Of a stretch of 64,000 bases of DNA, positions 26,500-35,422 are shown in pieces. Position numbers and translations under genes: made by a program. Each line of letters starts with the position of its first letter. The stretch's first letter is position 1. This DNA is from a bacterium (GTDB lineage Bacteria > Fidelibacterota > Marinisomatia > Marinisomatales > JAHJCW01), in contig JANQGY010000018.1 of assembly GCA_028282845.1 (NCBI GenBank), positions 101,252 through 165,251 on the forward strand, given 5' to 3'. The notes under the pieces are model-generated. The model saw nothing but the letters and a program-made list of their open reading frames with translations, made no database searches and had not been told where the DNA came from.

Positions 26500-26985
26500 T
26501 TACTTCTTCCAATATTTTGACGGATCCTCCTCATCAGTAATATATGGTACTTTATCATCAATTTTGAATATCTCACGTGTTCTGCGGATATTAACTTTAC
26601 CGGAATCAGGATAATAGGCTATGTCTGATTTATCCAAATTTGAAATTGCAATGAATTTAAAATCTTCATCGGTATGATTATAAAATTGATGAGAATATTC
26701 TTCCCCTAATCCAAAGAATATTAAATCACCTTTAGATATTTTTCGATAATTATTATTTTGCCTTAAAGTTGCTTCACCTTCCAATACAAAAAATAATTCC
26801 TCTTCCAACTCATGGTAGTGATATGGACAAGAATATTTCTTGGGTGATAATATCTCGATGTGAAAGCCAAGTTTGGTTGTCCCGATTTGACGTGCAATTT
26901 CAGCAGTTTTACCTGCATATTCATCGTTCAATGACCAATCTTCATATTCAACATCGTTCACATTATAGATATTTTCAAATTTCAT
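26500..26985 (-). CDS. Cupin-domain protein
   Basis: 161 aa. Cupin motif region: YSCPYHYHELEEELFFVLEGEATLRQNN...GDLIFFGLGEEYSHQF. The start abuts the pullulanase stop (26985/26986), so the two are probably co-transcribed. Confidence 0.7.
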   Translation of the reverse strand: MKFENIYNVNDVEYEDWSLNDEYAGKTAEIARQIGTTKLGFHIEILSPKKYSCPYHYHELEEELFFVLEGEATLRQNNNYRKISKGDLIFFGLGEEYSHQFYNHTDEDFKFIAISNLDKSDIAYYPDSGKVNIRRTREIFKIDDKVPYITDEEDPSKYWKK

Positions 26986-28965
26986 TTAATTGTTCCTTTT
27001 CAAAATAATTCCACTTGTAGGAGAAATTGTAAGTGATTTACTAATTATTAAATCATTTTCGACTAGATTTGTTGATTCTATTAATTCCCAATTTCCTTTG
27101 GGTAATTCTACTGTCAATTCTTTATCAATTTCTCCATTCATAGTTACTATAAATTTATCCTGTAATAAATATGCTAACGCTACCTGACCACCAACATCAA
27201 AGAAGTCAAAATCATCGGGATTTGAATGCCGAAATTCAGGATTATCCTTTCTGAGCTTTATCATGCGTTTATAAAAATCCACTAACTCGGAATTCATTTC
27301 TTTTTCTTCCCAATTGAGCCAATTGGTCTCATCATCCTTATTATAGGAATTATGGTCAATTTGTCCAATCTTGGCATCGGGGACATCAGTCTCGGCAATC
27401 ACCTTACTGCGTGCCCACTCCTGACCCTGGTGCATAAATGTTATACCTTGGCTTGTCAATAGAAACATAGCGCCCAATTTATTCATTGCTAATTGCAATC
27501 CGTTCACTTGCGCATTTGCAATGCGATCCTGAATGACAGAATGTTCACCAACCTGCTCACTGCCAATACGGACAAAATCGCCAAAAGTATGATCGTCATG
27601 CGATTCCAAGTAGTTCACGCTGTGAGCAACATTAGAGTACTGACCACCAAATTTTCTGAGCGACCCCATCGCAAACTTTTGCAATGTTTCCTGATTATTA
27701 TTATCAGACCATTCTCCAAAGATAAATCCCAAATTGTCACTAGGATTTTGACCCTTTACGCCATTACGAATTTTGTCATTAAACGATGCCCACCCAATAT
27801 CGGAAAATCCATCCGGATCATAGCCGCCGCCCCACGGTTCTGCTAAAATAATAACATTCGGATTAATTTCTTTTAAATCGGCTAATGTTTGTTTGCGCGT
27901 CTCTTCATCAATCAGATAGCCAAGATCAAAACGGAATCCGTCAATATGATATTCCTGCATCCAGTATTTAACACTCTCTAAAATTAATTTACGCGTCGCC
28001 GGATCTTCGGATTTCGTATCATTACCGCAGCCGCTTTGCGCAATATAATCACCACTATCATCAAGACGGAAATAGGTTTCTCTATCAATATATTTTAAAG
28101 GATGATAATCATAATTGGAAACATGGTTATAAACTACATCCATAATTACGGCAATGCCTTCACTATGTAAAGATTTAACCATTTGTTTTAATTCGTTAAT
28201 AGCTTTTCCATCTTTACCAATCCAATTATTCGGGGTCATATTGCCATCGCTCGCATAATAAGATTCGGGGGCAAAGAAAAAGGTGGTCATATAGCCCCAA
28301 TGATTACGAGCATATTGATTCCAATCGTTGTATAAATAAATAGTTGAATCCTGATAGGGAATTTCTACATTGGCAAAATCCTGTAAAGGTAAAATTTGAA
28401 CGGCGTTGACACCCATTTCTTTCAAATGGTTGATTCCCCCTTTTTGATTTGGTTCAACTAATCCTAAATATGTCCCCGGCGCATTTGAACCGGATGTCGG
28501 ATGCACCGTCATATCGCGTAGATGCATTTCATAAATTATCAGATCCCGTGGATCAATTTCTTTCCATGTATCATTTCCCCAATCGAAATCGGTATTTACC
28601 ACAAGAGACTTGGCCACATATCGCCAACTATTTTGAGTTACAGCGGCTTTAGAATAAGGATCGGCAATAATGATATTCGGATCATTCGCAGGACCTTCCA
28701 AACGATAACCGTAAAGTGTGCCGTATCCGACATCTTTTAGAAAATATTCCCAATCACCATTGGAAAGCTTTGACATCGGAAATTCTTTTCCGTCATTATC
28801 TTCAGGTTTATCAAATATCACTAATTTGACGGCATCCGATTTTGGAGCATGGAGTTTAAATTCAATACCATCGCTTTTTACAAAAGCGCCATAAGAAAGT
28901 ATGTTATTGTTCATATTCCCACACCCCATGAGTAGGAGGATAAAAAGCATTATTATTCTTTTCAT
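26986..28965 (-). CDS. Type I pullulanase-like GH13 debranching enzyme, lipoprotein
   Basis: 659 aa with lipobox LLLMGC. An N-terminal CBM48-like segment (FVKSDGIEFKLHAPKSDAVKLVIF...WEYFL) precedes the GH13 core. Core motifs: LIIYEMHLRDMT, GINHLKEMGVNAVQILPLQDF, HWGYMTTFFFAPESYYA, AVIMDVVYNHV, DGFRFDLGYL, ILAEPWG and YLESHDDHT. Confidence 0.85.
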   Translation of the reverse strand: MKRIIMLFILLLMGCGNMNNNILSYGAFVKSDGIEFKLHAPKSDAVKLVIFDKPEDNDGKEFPMSKLSNGDWEYFLKDVGYGTLYGYRLEGPANDPNIIIADPYSKAAVTQNSWRYVAKSLVVNTDFDWGNDTWKEIDPRDLIIYEMHLRDMTVHPTSGSNAPGTYLGLVEPNQKGGINHLKEMGVNAVQILPLQDFANVEIPYQDSTIYLYNDWNQYARNHWGYMTTFFFAPESYYASDGNMTPNNWIGKDGKAINELKQMVKSLHSEGIAVIMDVVYNHVSNYDYHPLKYIDRETYFRLDDSGDYIAQSGCGNDTKSEDPATRKLILESVKYWMQEYHIDGFRFDLGYLIDEETRKQTLADLKEINPNVIILAEPWGGGYDPDGFSDIGWASFNDKIRNGVKGQNPSDNLGFIFGEWSDNNNQETLQKFAMGSLRKFGGQYSNVAHSVNYLESHDDHTFGDFVRIGSEQVGEHSVIQDRIANAQVNGLQLAMNKLGAMFLLTSQGITFMHQGQEWARSKVIAETDVPDAKIGQIDHNSYNKDDETNWLNWEEKEMNSELVDFYKRMIKLRKDNPEFRHSNPDDFDFFDVGGQVALAYLLQDKFIVTMNGEIDKELTVELPKGNWELIESTNLVENDLIISKSLTISPTSGIILKRNN

Positions 28966-29037
28966 AATAGACCATTTTATTTTGTCTGAAAGTAAAAAAA
29001 TAGGTTGTAAAATTATTGCTTAATTTGGAAAAGGAAT

Positions 29038-31383
29038 ATGAGAAAAACAGTATTTATTATCTATTTATTGCTACTTTGCAACTGTGGTCAGAAACCGGGG
29101 TTGGTGATAGAAAATTTCCCGACAATTGTACTCCAAACCGGAGTCGAAAAAGAACTTGATGTAACAAAATATGTTGTCGGATTTAAAAATATTTCGATTG
29201 GAAAAACAACCGGTGTGGAAGTTGATTATGATCCGGTCAAGCAGGTTATCAGATTATTAGCTGACGGTTCTAAAGTATTGATTCTGCTGCCATTAGACAT
29301 AGACAATAATGAAATTCATTTATTACTACGCATAAATCCCATGGTTGAACACACTTTCTCATTTAAGTCCGAAGAGGCTGCTGCCAGCATTGTAGTTATG
29401 GGACAATTCAACGATTGGTCGCGCACTGCTTTATCTCTATCCGATAATAATGGTGACGGTGTGTATGAACGTACTGTTTATCTAAAACCGCAACGCCATG
29501 AATATAAATTTGTAGTTGACGGGGAAGAGATGATTGATCCGGCGAATCCGGTTTTTGTTTCAAATAATATTGGCGGGTGGAATTCGGTGCTTGACCTTTC
29601 GGAATTTAAAGCGGAACCGTCCGGAAAGATTGTTAAGGAAGACTGGGAAAAGGAGTTCTTAACATTTAGATACAAACCGCAGGATGATTCAATAGTATCG
29701 AATTTAATTGTTATGCATAATAACTCAATTGTTGATGAAGAATTATATCATATTGATAACAACAATTTGATTAGTATTAAATATACCAAATTGGATGATG
29801 GTGTTTTAAGATTAGCTGCTATTGATGATCAAAATAGACTTACCAATGAAAATATTACGATTATTAAAAATGGAAAAGTACTCAATCCTTCCGATCATCC
29901 GGATGACTGGCATTTTACGGTTCTCTATAACTTAATGGTTGACAGATTTTTGGATGGAGACACAGCCAATACTCAAAAAGTCCAAACCGGTAATTTATAT
30001 GACTTGGCTAACTGGCAAGGCGGAGATTTGGCAGGCATAATTCAAAAATTAGAAGACGGATATTTCACTGAATTAGGTATCAATACAATTTGGATATCAC
30101 CATTAAACCGGCAACCGGACAGTGCATTTGTAGAATGGATTCCACCGAACAATAAATTTACCGGTTATCACGGCTATTGGCCGGTCGCGGCGCGCGCGAT
30201 TGACCCGCGTTATGGCACCGAAGAGGAGTTCAAAAAATTAGTTAAGCTTGCGCATTCCAAGAACATGAAGGTACTGCTTGATTTTGTATCGAATCATGTT
30301 CATCAGGAGCACCCTTATTTTGAGGAATATCGTGATTGGTTCGGAAGCGTAGAATTGCCAAATGGCGAAATGAATATACGAAATTGGAGCGAAGAAACCC
30401 GTCTGACTACGTGGTTTGATGAGTTTATTCCATCGTTTGATTATCCATCCGCTCCGGAAGCGATTGACCAAGTTGTGGAAGATGCGGTTTGGTGGATGGA
30501 AACATTTGATCTTGACGGATTTCGTCAGGATGCAGTCAAACATGTACCACATGCATTTTGGAAGCAGTTGACCTTGGCTTTGTGCTCAAAATTTCCGGAT
30601 AAGGACTTTTATCAGATCGGCGAAACTTTTGGCTCGGATGATCTGATTTTGGATTATGTAAATCCCAATGAACTTGATGCTCAATTTAATTTTGATATTT
30701 ACTTTAATGCTCGCGGACAGTTCGCATCCGCTAACACCGATTTTGCCGAAATTGCCAAAGTTTTAGAGAGAAATGTAGCTAATTACCGTCCGGTAAATTT
30801 GATGGGGAATATTACCTCTAGTCATGATCAAATGCGTTTCATCGGAGTTGCCGACGGCCAAGTTGCTTGGGGCGATGATTGCTATGAAAGGTCATTTTTC
30901 AGTCCACCGGGCGAGGTTCAAAATTCAACGAGCTATTCAAAGTTAGCAAATTTTCATGCCTTTAATATTTCCATACCGGGAATTCCTGTTGTCTATTACG
31001 GTGAGGAAATTGGTTTAATGGGTTCTTGTGATCCAGGGAACCGAAGGGTTATGCGCTTTGGTCATAAGATTACTAATACTGAGAATGAACTTCTATCAAA
31101 GATCAGCAGTCTCAATAATTTACGACGAAAATATCCGGCGTTAGCTTTAGGCGATTTGGAAATAATTTCTGCTAAAGGTTCATTATTAATAATGCAAAAA
31201 TCATATCTGAATGAAAAATTAATCGTTGTTATCAACAATGGCTCAACTGAAAGATCAATCGCTCCGCAGATACCCCATGGGAAATTGAAAGACCTATTAT
31301 CGGTAAATATTGTACTCATCAACGATAATAAATTTGAATTAATCATAGAGCCCTATTCGTACCGATTTTTCGAAGTCATTTAG
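29038..31383 (+). CDS. Exported GH13 alpha-amylase family enzyme with CBM48/AMPK-beta-like glycogen-binding module
   Basis: 781 aa with a signal sequence containing Cys residues (LLLLCNCGQ; possibly a lipoprotein). CBM48-like segment: VVMGQFNDWSRTALSLSDNNGDGVYERTVYLKPQRHEYKFVVDGEEMIDPANP. GH13 motifs: VLYNLMVDRFLDGD, GGDLAGIIQKL, LDFVSNHV, DGFRQDAVKHV, QIGETFG and ITSSHDQMRF. Confidence 0.85.
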   Translation: MRKTVFIIYLLLLCNCGQKPGLVIENFPTIVLQTGVEKELDVTKYVVGFKNISIGKTTGVEVDYDPVKQVIRLLADGSKVLILLPLDIDNNEIHLLLRINPMVEHTFSFKSEEAAASIVVMGQFNDWSRTALSLSDNNGDGVYERTVYLKPQRHEYKFVVDGEEMIDPANPVFVSNNIGGWNSVLDLSEFKAEPSGKIVKEDWEKEFLTFRYKPQDDSIVSNLIVMHNNSIVDEELYHIDNNNLISIKYTKLDDGVLRLAAIDDQNRLTNENITIIKNGKVLNPSDHPDDWHFTVLYNLMVDRFLDGDTANTQKVQTGNLYDLANWQGGDLAGIIQKLEDGYFTELGINTIWISPLNRQPDSAFVEWIPPNNKFTGYHGYWPVAARAIDPRYGTEEEFKKLVKLAHSKNMKVLLDFVSNHVHQEHPYFEEYRDWFGSVELPNGEMNIRNWSEETRLTTWFDEFIPSFDYPSAPEAIDQVVEDAVWWMETFDLDGFRQDAVKHVPHAFWKQLTLALCSKFPDKDFYQIGETFGSDDLILDYVNPNELDAQFNFDIYFNARGQFASANTDFAEIAKVLERNVANYRPVNLMGNITSSHDQMRFIGVADGQVAWGDDCYERSFFSPPGEVQNSTSYSKLANFHAFNISIPGIPVVYYGEEIGLMGSCDPGNRRVMRFGHKITNTENELLSKISSLNNLRRKYPALALGDLEIISAKGSLLIMQKSYLNEKLIVVINNGSTERSIAPQIPHGKLKDLLSVNIVLINDNKFELIIEPYSYRFFEVI

Positions 31384-31482
31384 ACTATTTTGCTTATTTC
31401 CTAATCAAAATCTAAATTTTAATTAGTTGTATTTGGCAGTAAATTAAAGCTTGGTTTTTAATATATAATTCAATGGTTAATT

Positions 31483-32499
31483 ATGAAAAATAAAATAAGA
31501 ATAGGTATAATGGGATTTGGTCGTATCGGTCGGAACTTGTTCCGATTAGGGTACGATAATCCTTTGTTTGATTTTGTAGCGATCAGCGATCTTGGTGAAC
31601 CGGAGGCAATGCATTATCTATTGATGCGTGACTCGGTTTACGGTGAGATGGCGGAAAACGTTGTATTTGAAAATAATCATTTAAAAGTACGCCACCAAAA
31701 TACACGATTGTTAGAAGGTGGTAAACCGGGCAGCATTCCGTGGGATGCTTTTGATGTTGATTTTGTGATTGATGCTACGGGAGCATATCGGCATGTTGCC
31801 GATTTGCAGCCGCATATTGATGAAGGCGCTAGGCGTGTGATCGTAGCGATACCGCCTTTAGAGCCGATTGACCGAATTGTAATTGCCGGACTGAATGAAG
31901 ATGACATAGAAGCTCATGATAAGTTGATTTCGGTTACCTCGTCAACGACACAGGTTCTGGCGTTGATGGTGAAGATGTTGGATGAAAAATTCGGTGTTGA
32001 ACGGGCGATGATGACCTCAATCCATGCTTATACATCCGATCAACCTTTAGCTGACGCTGTACGCTCTGATTTACGCCGGAGTCGTTCAGCGGCAGAGAAC
32101 ATAATTCCAAATGATAATCATTCCCCGCAAATTGTTGAGCAATTGATTCCGAAGTTTAAAGGCAAATTGGATGGTATGGCGCTCAATGTTCCGGTACCGG
32201 ACGGATCATGTGTTGATCTTTCCACAGAGCTACGGAACATGCCTTCAGTTGAAAAACTTAATAAAGCCATTAAAGAATATGCCGATGGTTCACTCAAAGG
32301 TATTGTTGGTTACACTGATGATCCGATTGTTTCTTCTGATGTTGTCGGAACGGGCGAAACAATGATATTTGATGGTAAAGCTACCATGATTACTCAAGAT
32401 AAATTGCTCAAAACATTGTGTTGGTACGATAGCGGCTGGGGCTTTTCCAAGCGGATACTTGAACTTGTCGAAGCTTACTCAAAATTGGAGGTGAAATAA
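31483..32499 (+). CDS. GAPDH-like paralogue lacking the catalytic cysteine (probable non-GAPDH activity or pseudoenzyme)
   Basis: 338 aa. The NAD-binding GIMGFGRIGRNLFR and the HAYT motif are retained. The canonical SNASCTTNCLAP reads SVTSSTTQVLAL, with Cys->Ser at codon TCA 31942-31944. IIPTSTGAAKAV reads IIPNDNHSPQIV. The RVP arginine is Asn (AAT at 32185-32187). Confidence 0.8.
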   Translation: MKNKIRIGIMGFGRIGRNLFRLGYDNPLFDFVAISDLGEPEAMHYLLMRDSVYGEMAENVVFENNHLKVRHQNTRLLEGGKPGSIPWDAFDVDFVIDATGAYRHVADLQPHIDEGARRVIVAIPPLEPIDRIVIAGLNEDDIEAHDKLISVTSSTTQVLALMVKMLDEKFGVERAMMTSIHAYTSDQPLADAVRSDLRRSRSAAENIIPNDNHSPQIVEQLIPKFKGKLDGMALNVPVPDGSCVDLSTELRNMPSVEKLNKAIKEYADGSLKGIVGYTDDPIVSSDVVGTGETMIFDGKATMITQDKLLKTLCWYDSGWGFSKRILELVEAYSKLEVK

Positions 32500-33494
32500 T
32501 GAAAATTGCAATTAACGGTTTTGGGCGAATTGGAAGATCAGTATTTCGTATATTGAATGAAAGGGATGATTTTGACGTTCTGGCTATCAATGATATTTCA
32601 CCATCCGATTCTTTGGTTTATTTATTGAAATATGATACGGTGATGGGACGTTTCCCGGATAAGGTTGAATTAAAAGGTGATATTCTGGAAACAAGCAAAA
32701 ATAAAGTCAAGATGTTGGAAGAACGCAATCCCGAAGCACTGCCTTGGAAAGAACTCGGCATTGATGTTGTAATTGAAGCCACTGGTATTTTCCGCCATCG
32801 TGCAAAATTGGAACCGCATTTAAAAGCCGGTGCTAAAAGGGTTTTACTGACTGTTCCGGCTAAGGATGAAATTGATTATACTGTTGTTATTGGCGTCAAT
32901 GACGATGGCTTAAAGAAGGAACATCGCATTATTTCGAATGCGAGCTGTACCACCAATTGTTTGGCACCAATGGCAAAAGTATTGAATGACGCTTTTGGGA
33001 TTGAGTACGGAGTGATCAACACTATCCATGCCTACACCAATGACCAAAGATTAGCCGACGTGCCGCACAGCGATTGGCGCCGCGGTCGGACTGCAGCCGA
33101 GAATGTAATTCCAACTACAACCGGCGCAGCCCGTGCTGTAGGAGTTGTGTTGCCGGAGTTGAAAGGTAAGCTCGATGGCATTGCAACGCGTGTTCCGGTG
33201 CCCGACGGTTCAGTAGTTGATTTGGTTGTTCGCTTAAAGCAGGAAGTAACCGCTGATCAAATCCATGGTGCGGTCAAGGCGGCGGCATCAACCAAACGAT
33301 TAAAGAATGTATTGGAATATTCAACTTTACCGGTCGTCTCGAGTGATATTATTGGTAATCCGCATTCATCAATTTATGATGCACCATTCACAAGAGTTAT
33401 CGAAGGTAACTTTGTGAAAACACTGAACTGGTACGATAATGAATGGGGTTATTCCAACCGCGTTGTTGATTTAATTGATTTAGTCCGCGATTAA
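32499..33494 (+). CDS. gap: Glyceraldehyde-3-phosphate dehydrogenase, type I (canonical)
   Basis: 331 aa. Motifs seen: INGFGRIGRSVFR, ISNASCTTNCLAPMAKVL, TIHAYTNDQRLAD, IPTTTGAARAV, ATRVPVPDGSVVDL and WYDNEWGYS. The ATG shares one base with the TAA of the upstream paralogue (TAATG at 32497-32501). Confidence 0.9.
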   Translation: MKIAINGFGRIGRSVFRILNERDDFDVLAINDISPSDSLVYLLKYDTVMGRFPDKVELKGDILETSKNKVKMLEERNPEALPWKELGIDVVIEATGIFRHRAKLEPHLKAGAKRVLLTVPAKDEIDYTVVIGVNDDGLKKEHRIISNASCTTNCLAPMAKVLNDAFGIEYGVINTIHAYTNDQRLADVPHSDWRRGRTAAENVIPTTTGAARAVGVVLPELKGKLDGIATRVPVPDGSVVDLVVRLKQEVTADQIHGAVKAAASTKRLKNVLEYSTLPVVSSDIIGNPHSSIYDAPFTRVIEGNFVKTLNWYDNEWGYSNRVVDLIDLVRD

Positions 33495-33501
33495 TTATAA
33501 A

Positions 33502-33624
33502 ATGTCATTCTGAGTGGAACGAAGAATCACTAATTAATTCACCCCACTATCCTTCGGATATCTCCCCTCAAGGGGAGATAGAGGGGAGTGAATTGTGGAT
33601 TCTTCACTTCCTTCAGAATGACAT
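33502..33624. repeat. Nested imperfect palindrome built from REP-like units
   Basis: The outer arms are atgtcattctgagtggaacgaagaatcac (33502-33530) and gtggattcttcacttccttcagaatgacat (33595-33624). They enclose a perfect hairpin tatctcccc-tcaa-ggggagata (33559-33580) followed by gaggggagtg. It lies immediately downstream of gap, so it probably also acts as a terminator. Confidence 0.75.
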
Positions 33625-33631
33625 TCATTTT

Positions 33632-33655
33632 GTCATTCCCGCGTGGGCAGGAATC
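33632..33655. repeat. REP-like hairpin unit gtcattcccgcgtgggcaggaatc
   Basis: Read directly from the sequence. The hairpin pairs attcccgc with gcaggaat (7/8). It belongs to the widespread gtcattcc...ggaatc class of intergenic hairpins. Confidence 0.6.
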
Positions 33656-33883
33656 TATACTGTTCCTATTTAATAATGGATAGAAGTCGCTCTTTCAGAA
33701 TGGCATAGCTTTTAACACGTCCCTCAAATAGGTTGGAGTCCCCCATCAAAGCCAGATAAGTGAAGAATCTATAGCATTTATATTCGTACCCCCTCATTGA
33801 TTCTCCCCCTAAAAAAAGAGAGAGCCTGAACTTCCGGAATAGTAAACAGTTTAATATTTTTTTCTTGCAATTAATAATATATC

Positions 33884-33904
33884 TGTTATATATTAACTAT
33901 AACA
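33884..33904. promoter_or_regulatory. Candidate GntR operator: TGTTATA-tattaac-TATAACA
   Basis: A perfect 7-bp inverted repeat 16 nt upstream of the GntR-family gene start (33920). It is preceded by TTGCAA (33865-33870), a possible -35 element. Confidence 0.35.
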
Positions 33905-33919
33905 AATAGAGCAAGTATT

Positions 33920-34309
33920 ATGTTATTAAAGATTAATTTTTCTATTGATAAGCCAATCTATCAACAAGTAAAAGAGCAAATAATTGAAGGTATAGCCAGT
34001 GGTAAGCTTGAAAATGGTGAATCACTTCCTTCTATCAGACAGCTCGCAACAGATATTGGGATAAATATGCACACAGTTAATAAAGTATATGCTCAATTAA
34101 AAAATGAAGGATATATATCTATTCATAAACGGAGCGGTGTTATGGTCAATACGGTGAACCTGCAGTCCGGCAAAAAATATGTTGAAGAATTAGAAGAAAA
34201 GATAAAACCGATCATTGCTGAATCAATTTGCCATGGATTGACAAAAGAAAGGTTCAAAGAAATAACATCAGCGCTATTCCAACATCTTCATCCAGAATTA
34301 GCATCATGA
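33920..34309 (+). CDS. GntR-family (YtrA-like, short) transcriptional regulator
   Basis: 129 aa. Motif seen: PIYQQVKEQIIEGIASGKLENGESLPSIRQLATDIGINMHTVNKVYAQLKNEGYISIHKRSGVMV. Confidence 0.85.
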   Translation: MLLKINFSIDKPIYQQVKEQIIEGIASGKLENGESLPSIRQLATDIGINMHTVNKVYAQLKNEGYISIHKRSGVMVNTVNLQSGKKYVEELEEKIKPIIAESICHGLTKERFKEITSALFQHLHPELAS

Positions 34310-35403
34310 ATTCAATTTCGATTTTCGCAATTTTTTTACCAGTATTTTTGCTAATTGCCGCAATAGGATTTATTTTACCAAATTATTTTCGGAAAGATTT
34401 ATTATTCGGAATTAAAATAAACGAGGAAACTATTGATCAGCTTGCTATCAAAAATAATTTTAAGTATTCACATATTTTCATCACTATAATATTCTTAACA
34501 CTGGTAACATTATTATTATATCAATTCCCAACTGAAAAAGTCGGGACGTATTTGATATTTATCCAAATAATTCTATTGTATATACTATTGGTAGCTTATA
34601 ATAGAAAAGTACTGACGTTGAAATTAAAAGCACGTTTGACTAAAGAACATTCTCAGGATAATGTGTTAGAAGTTGATATAGAAAAACGAGCAATTATGTC
34701 AAGGTCAATACTTCTAAGTGTAATTCCATCAATGATATTAGTGGTAGTTCATTTTATCATTTTCAAGATCTGTTTTGACAAAATCCCGGAAAAAATACCA
34801 TCTTCTTTTGACCTCTCAGGTAATATAATCAATTATACAACTAAAAATTGGAATACGGTAATGTGGTTTCCATTTATCTCACTTTTTGTTTTAATTGTAT
34901 TTATAATTTTATTTGTTATCATAAAGATTTCCAAGCAAGAGCTGATTTCCCAAGATGCGAAAACTTCAAGAATACAACAAAAGGAATTTAGAAAACGGTG
35001 GAATGGTTTCTTTATGATATTATTACCCCTACTAATAATTCATAATATTCTTATATCACTGAGATATATGTTATTAATAGAATTAGATAAAATAGCTTTT
35101 ATTGTAATTACTCTTATATTTCCATTATTGATTGTTGTGGCTGCCTTAGTGTTGGCTTTAAAAACGGGACAAACTGGGCATAAAATAGCAATACAAAGAA
35201 CCGGTCGAAGAAAACATTTGTATTATAATGATGACAAATATTGGAAACTGGGACTAATCTATTATAATCCAAATGATCCCACGATTTTTGTTGAAAAAAG
35301 GATGGGAATCGGTTGGACAATCAATATGGCTAATCCTATTGCGGTTAGTGGTTTCATATTATTTATTGTGCTAACGTTTATACTCATAAGATATTTTAGA
35401 TAG
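34306..35403 (+). CDS. Polytopic membrane protein (DUF1648/DUF5808-like), partner of the YtrA-type regulator
   Basis: I moved the start to the in-frame ATG at 34306, which overlaps the GntR stop (ATGA). The track start at 34228 would lie inside the GntR gene. There are multiple TM segments. The C-terminal segment YYNPNDPTIFVEKRMGIGWTINMANP resembles the DUF5808 signature as I remember it. Confidence 0.55.
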   Translation: MNSISIFAIFLPVFLLIAAIGFILPNYFRKDLLFGIKINEETIDQLAIKNNFKYSHIFITIIFLTLVTLLLYQFPTEKVGTYLIFIQIILLYILLVAYNRKVLTLKLKARLTKEHSQDNVLEVDIEKRAIMSRSILLSVIPSMILVVVHFIIFKICFDKIPEKIPSSFDLSGNIINYTTKNWNTVMWFPFISLFVLIVFIILFVIIKISKQELISQDAKTSRIQQKEFRKRWNGFFMILLPLLIIHNILISLRYMLLIELDKIAFIVITLIFPLLIVVAALVLALKTGQTGHKIAIQRTGRRKHLYYNDDKYWKLGLIYYNPNDPTIFVEKRMGIGWTINMANPIAVSGFILFIVLTFILIRYFR

Positions 35404-35422
35404 GAATCAATGGAGAATATCA

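Noticed and set aside
33502-33830. CRISPR array
   Set aside because: The repeats here are inverted and nested and of several different families. They are not direct repeats with regular unique spacers, and no cas genes are in the window.
34228-34305. Track start at 34228 for the membrane protein
   Set aside because: It would place 78 nt of the gene inside the GntR coding region in another frame. The in-frame ATG at 34306 overlaps the GntR stop (ATGA) and begins a hydrophobic TM segment.
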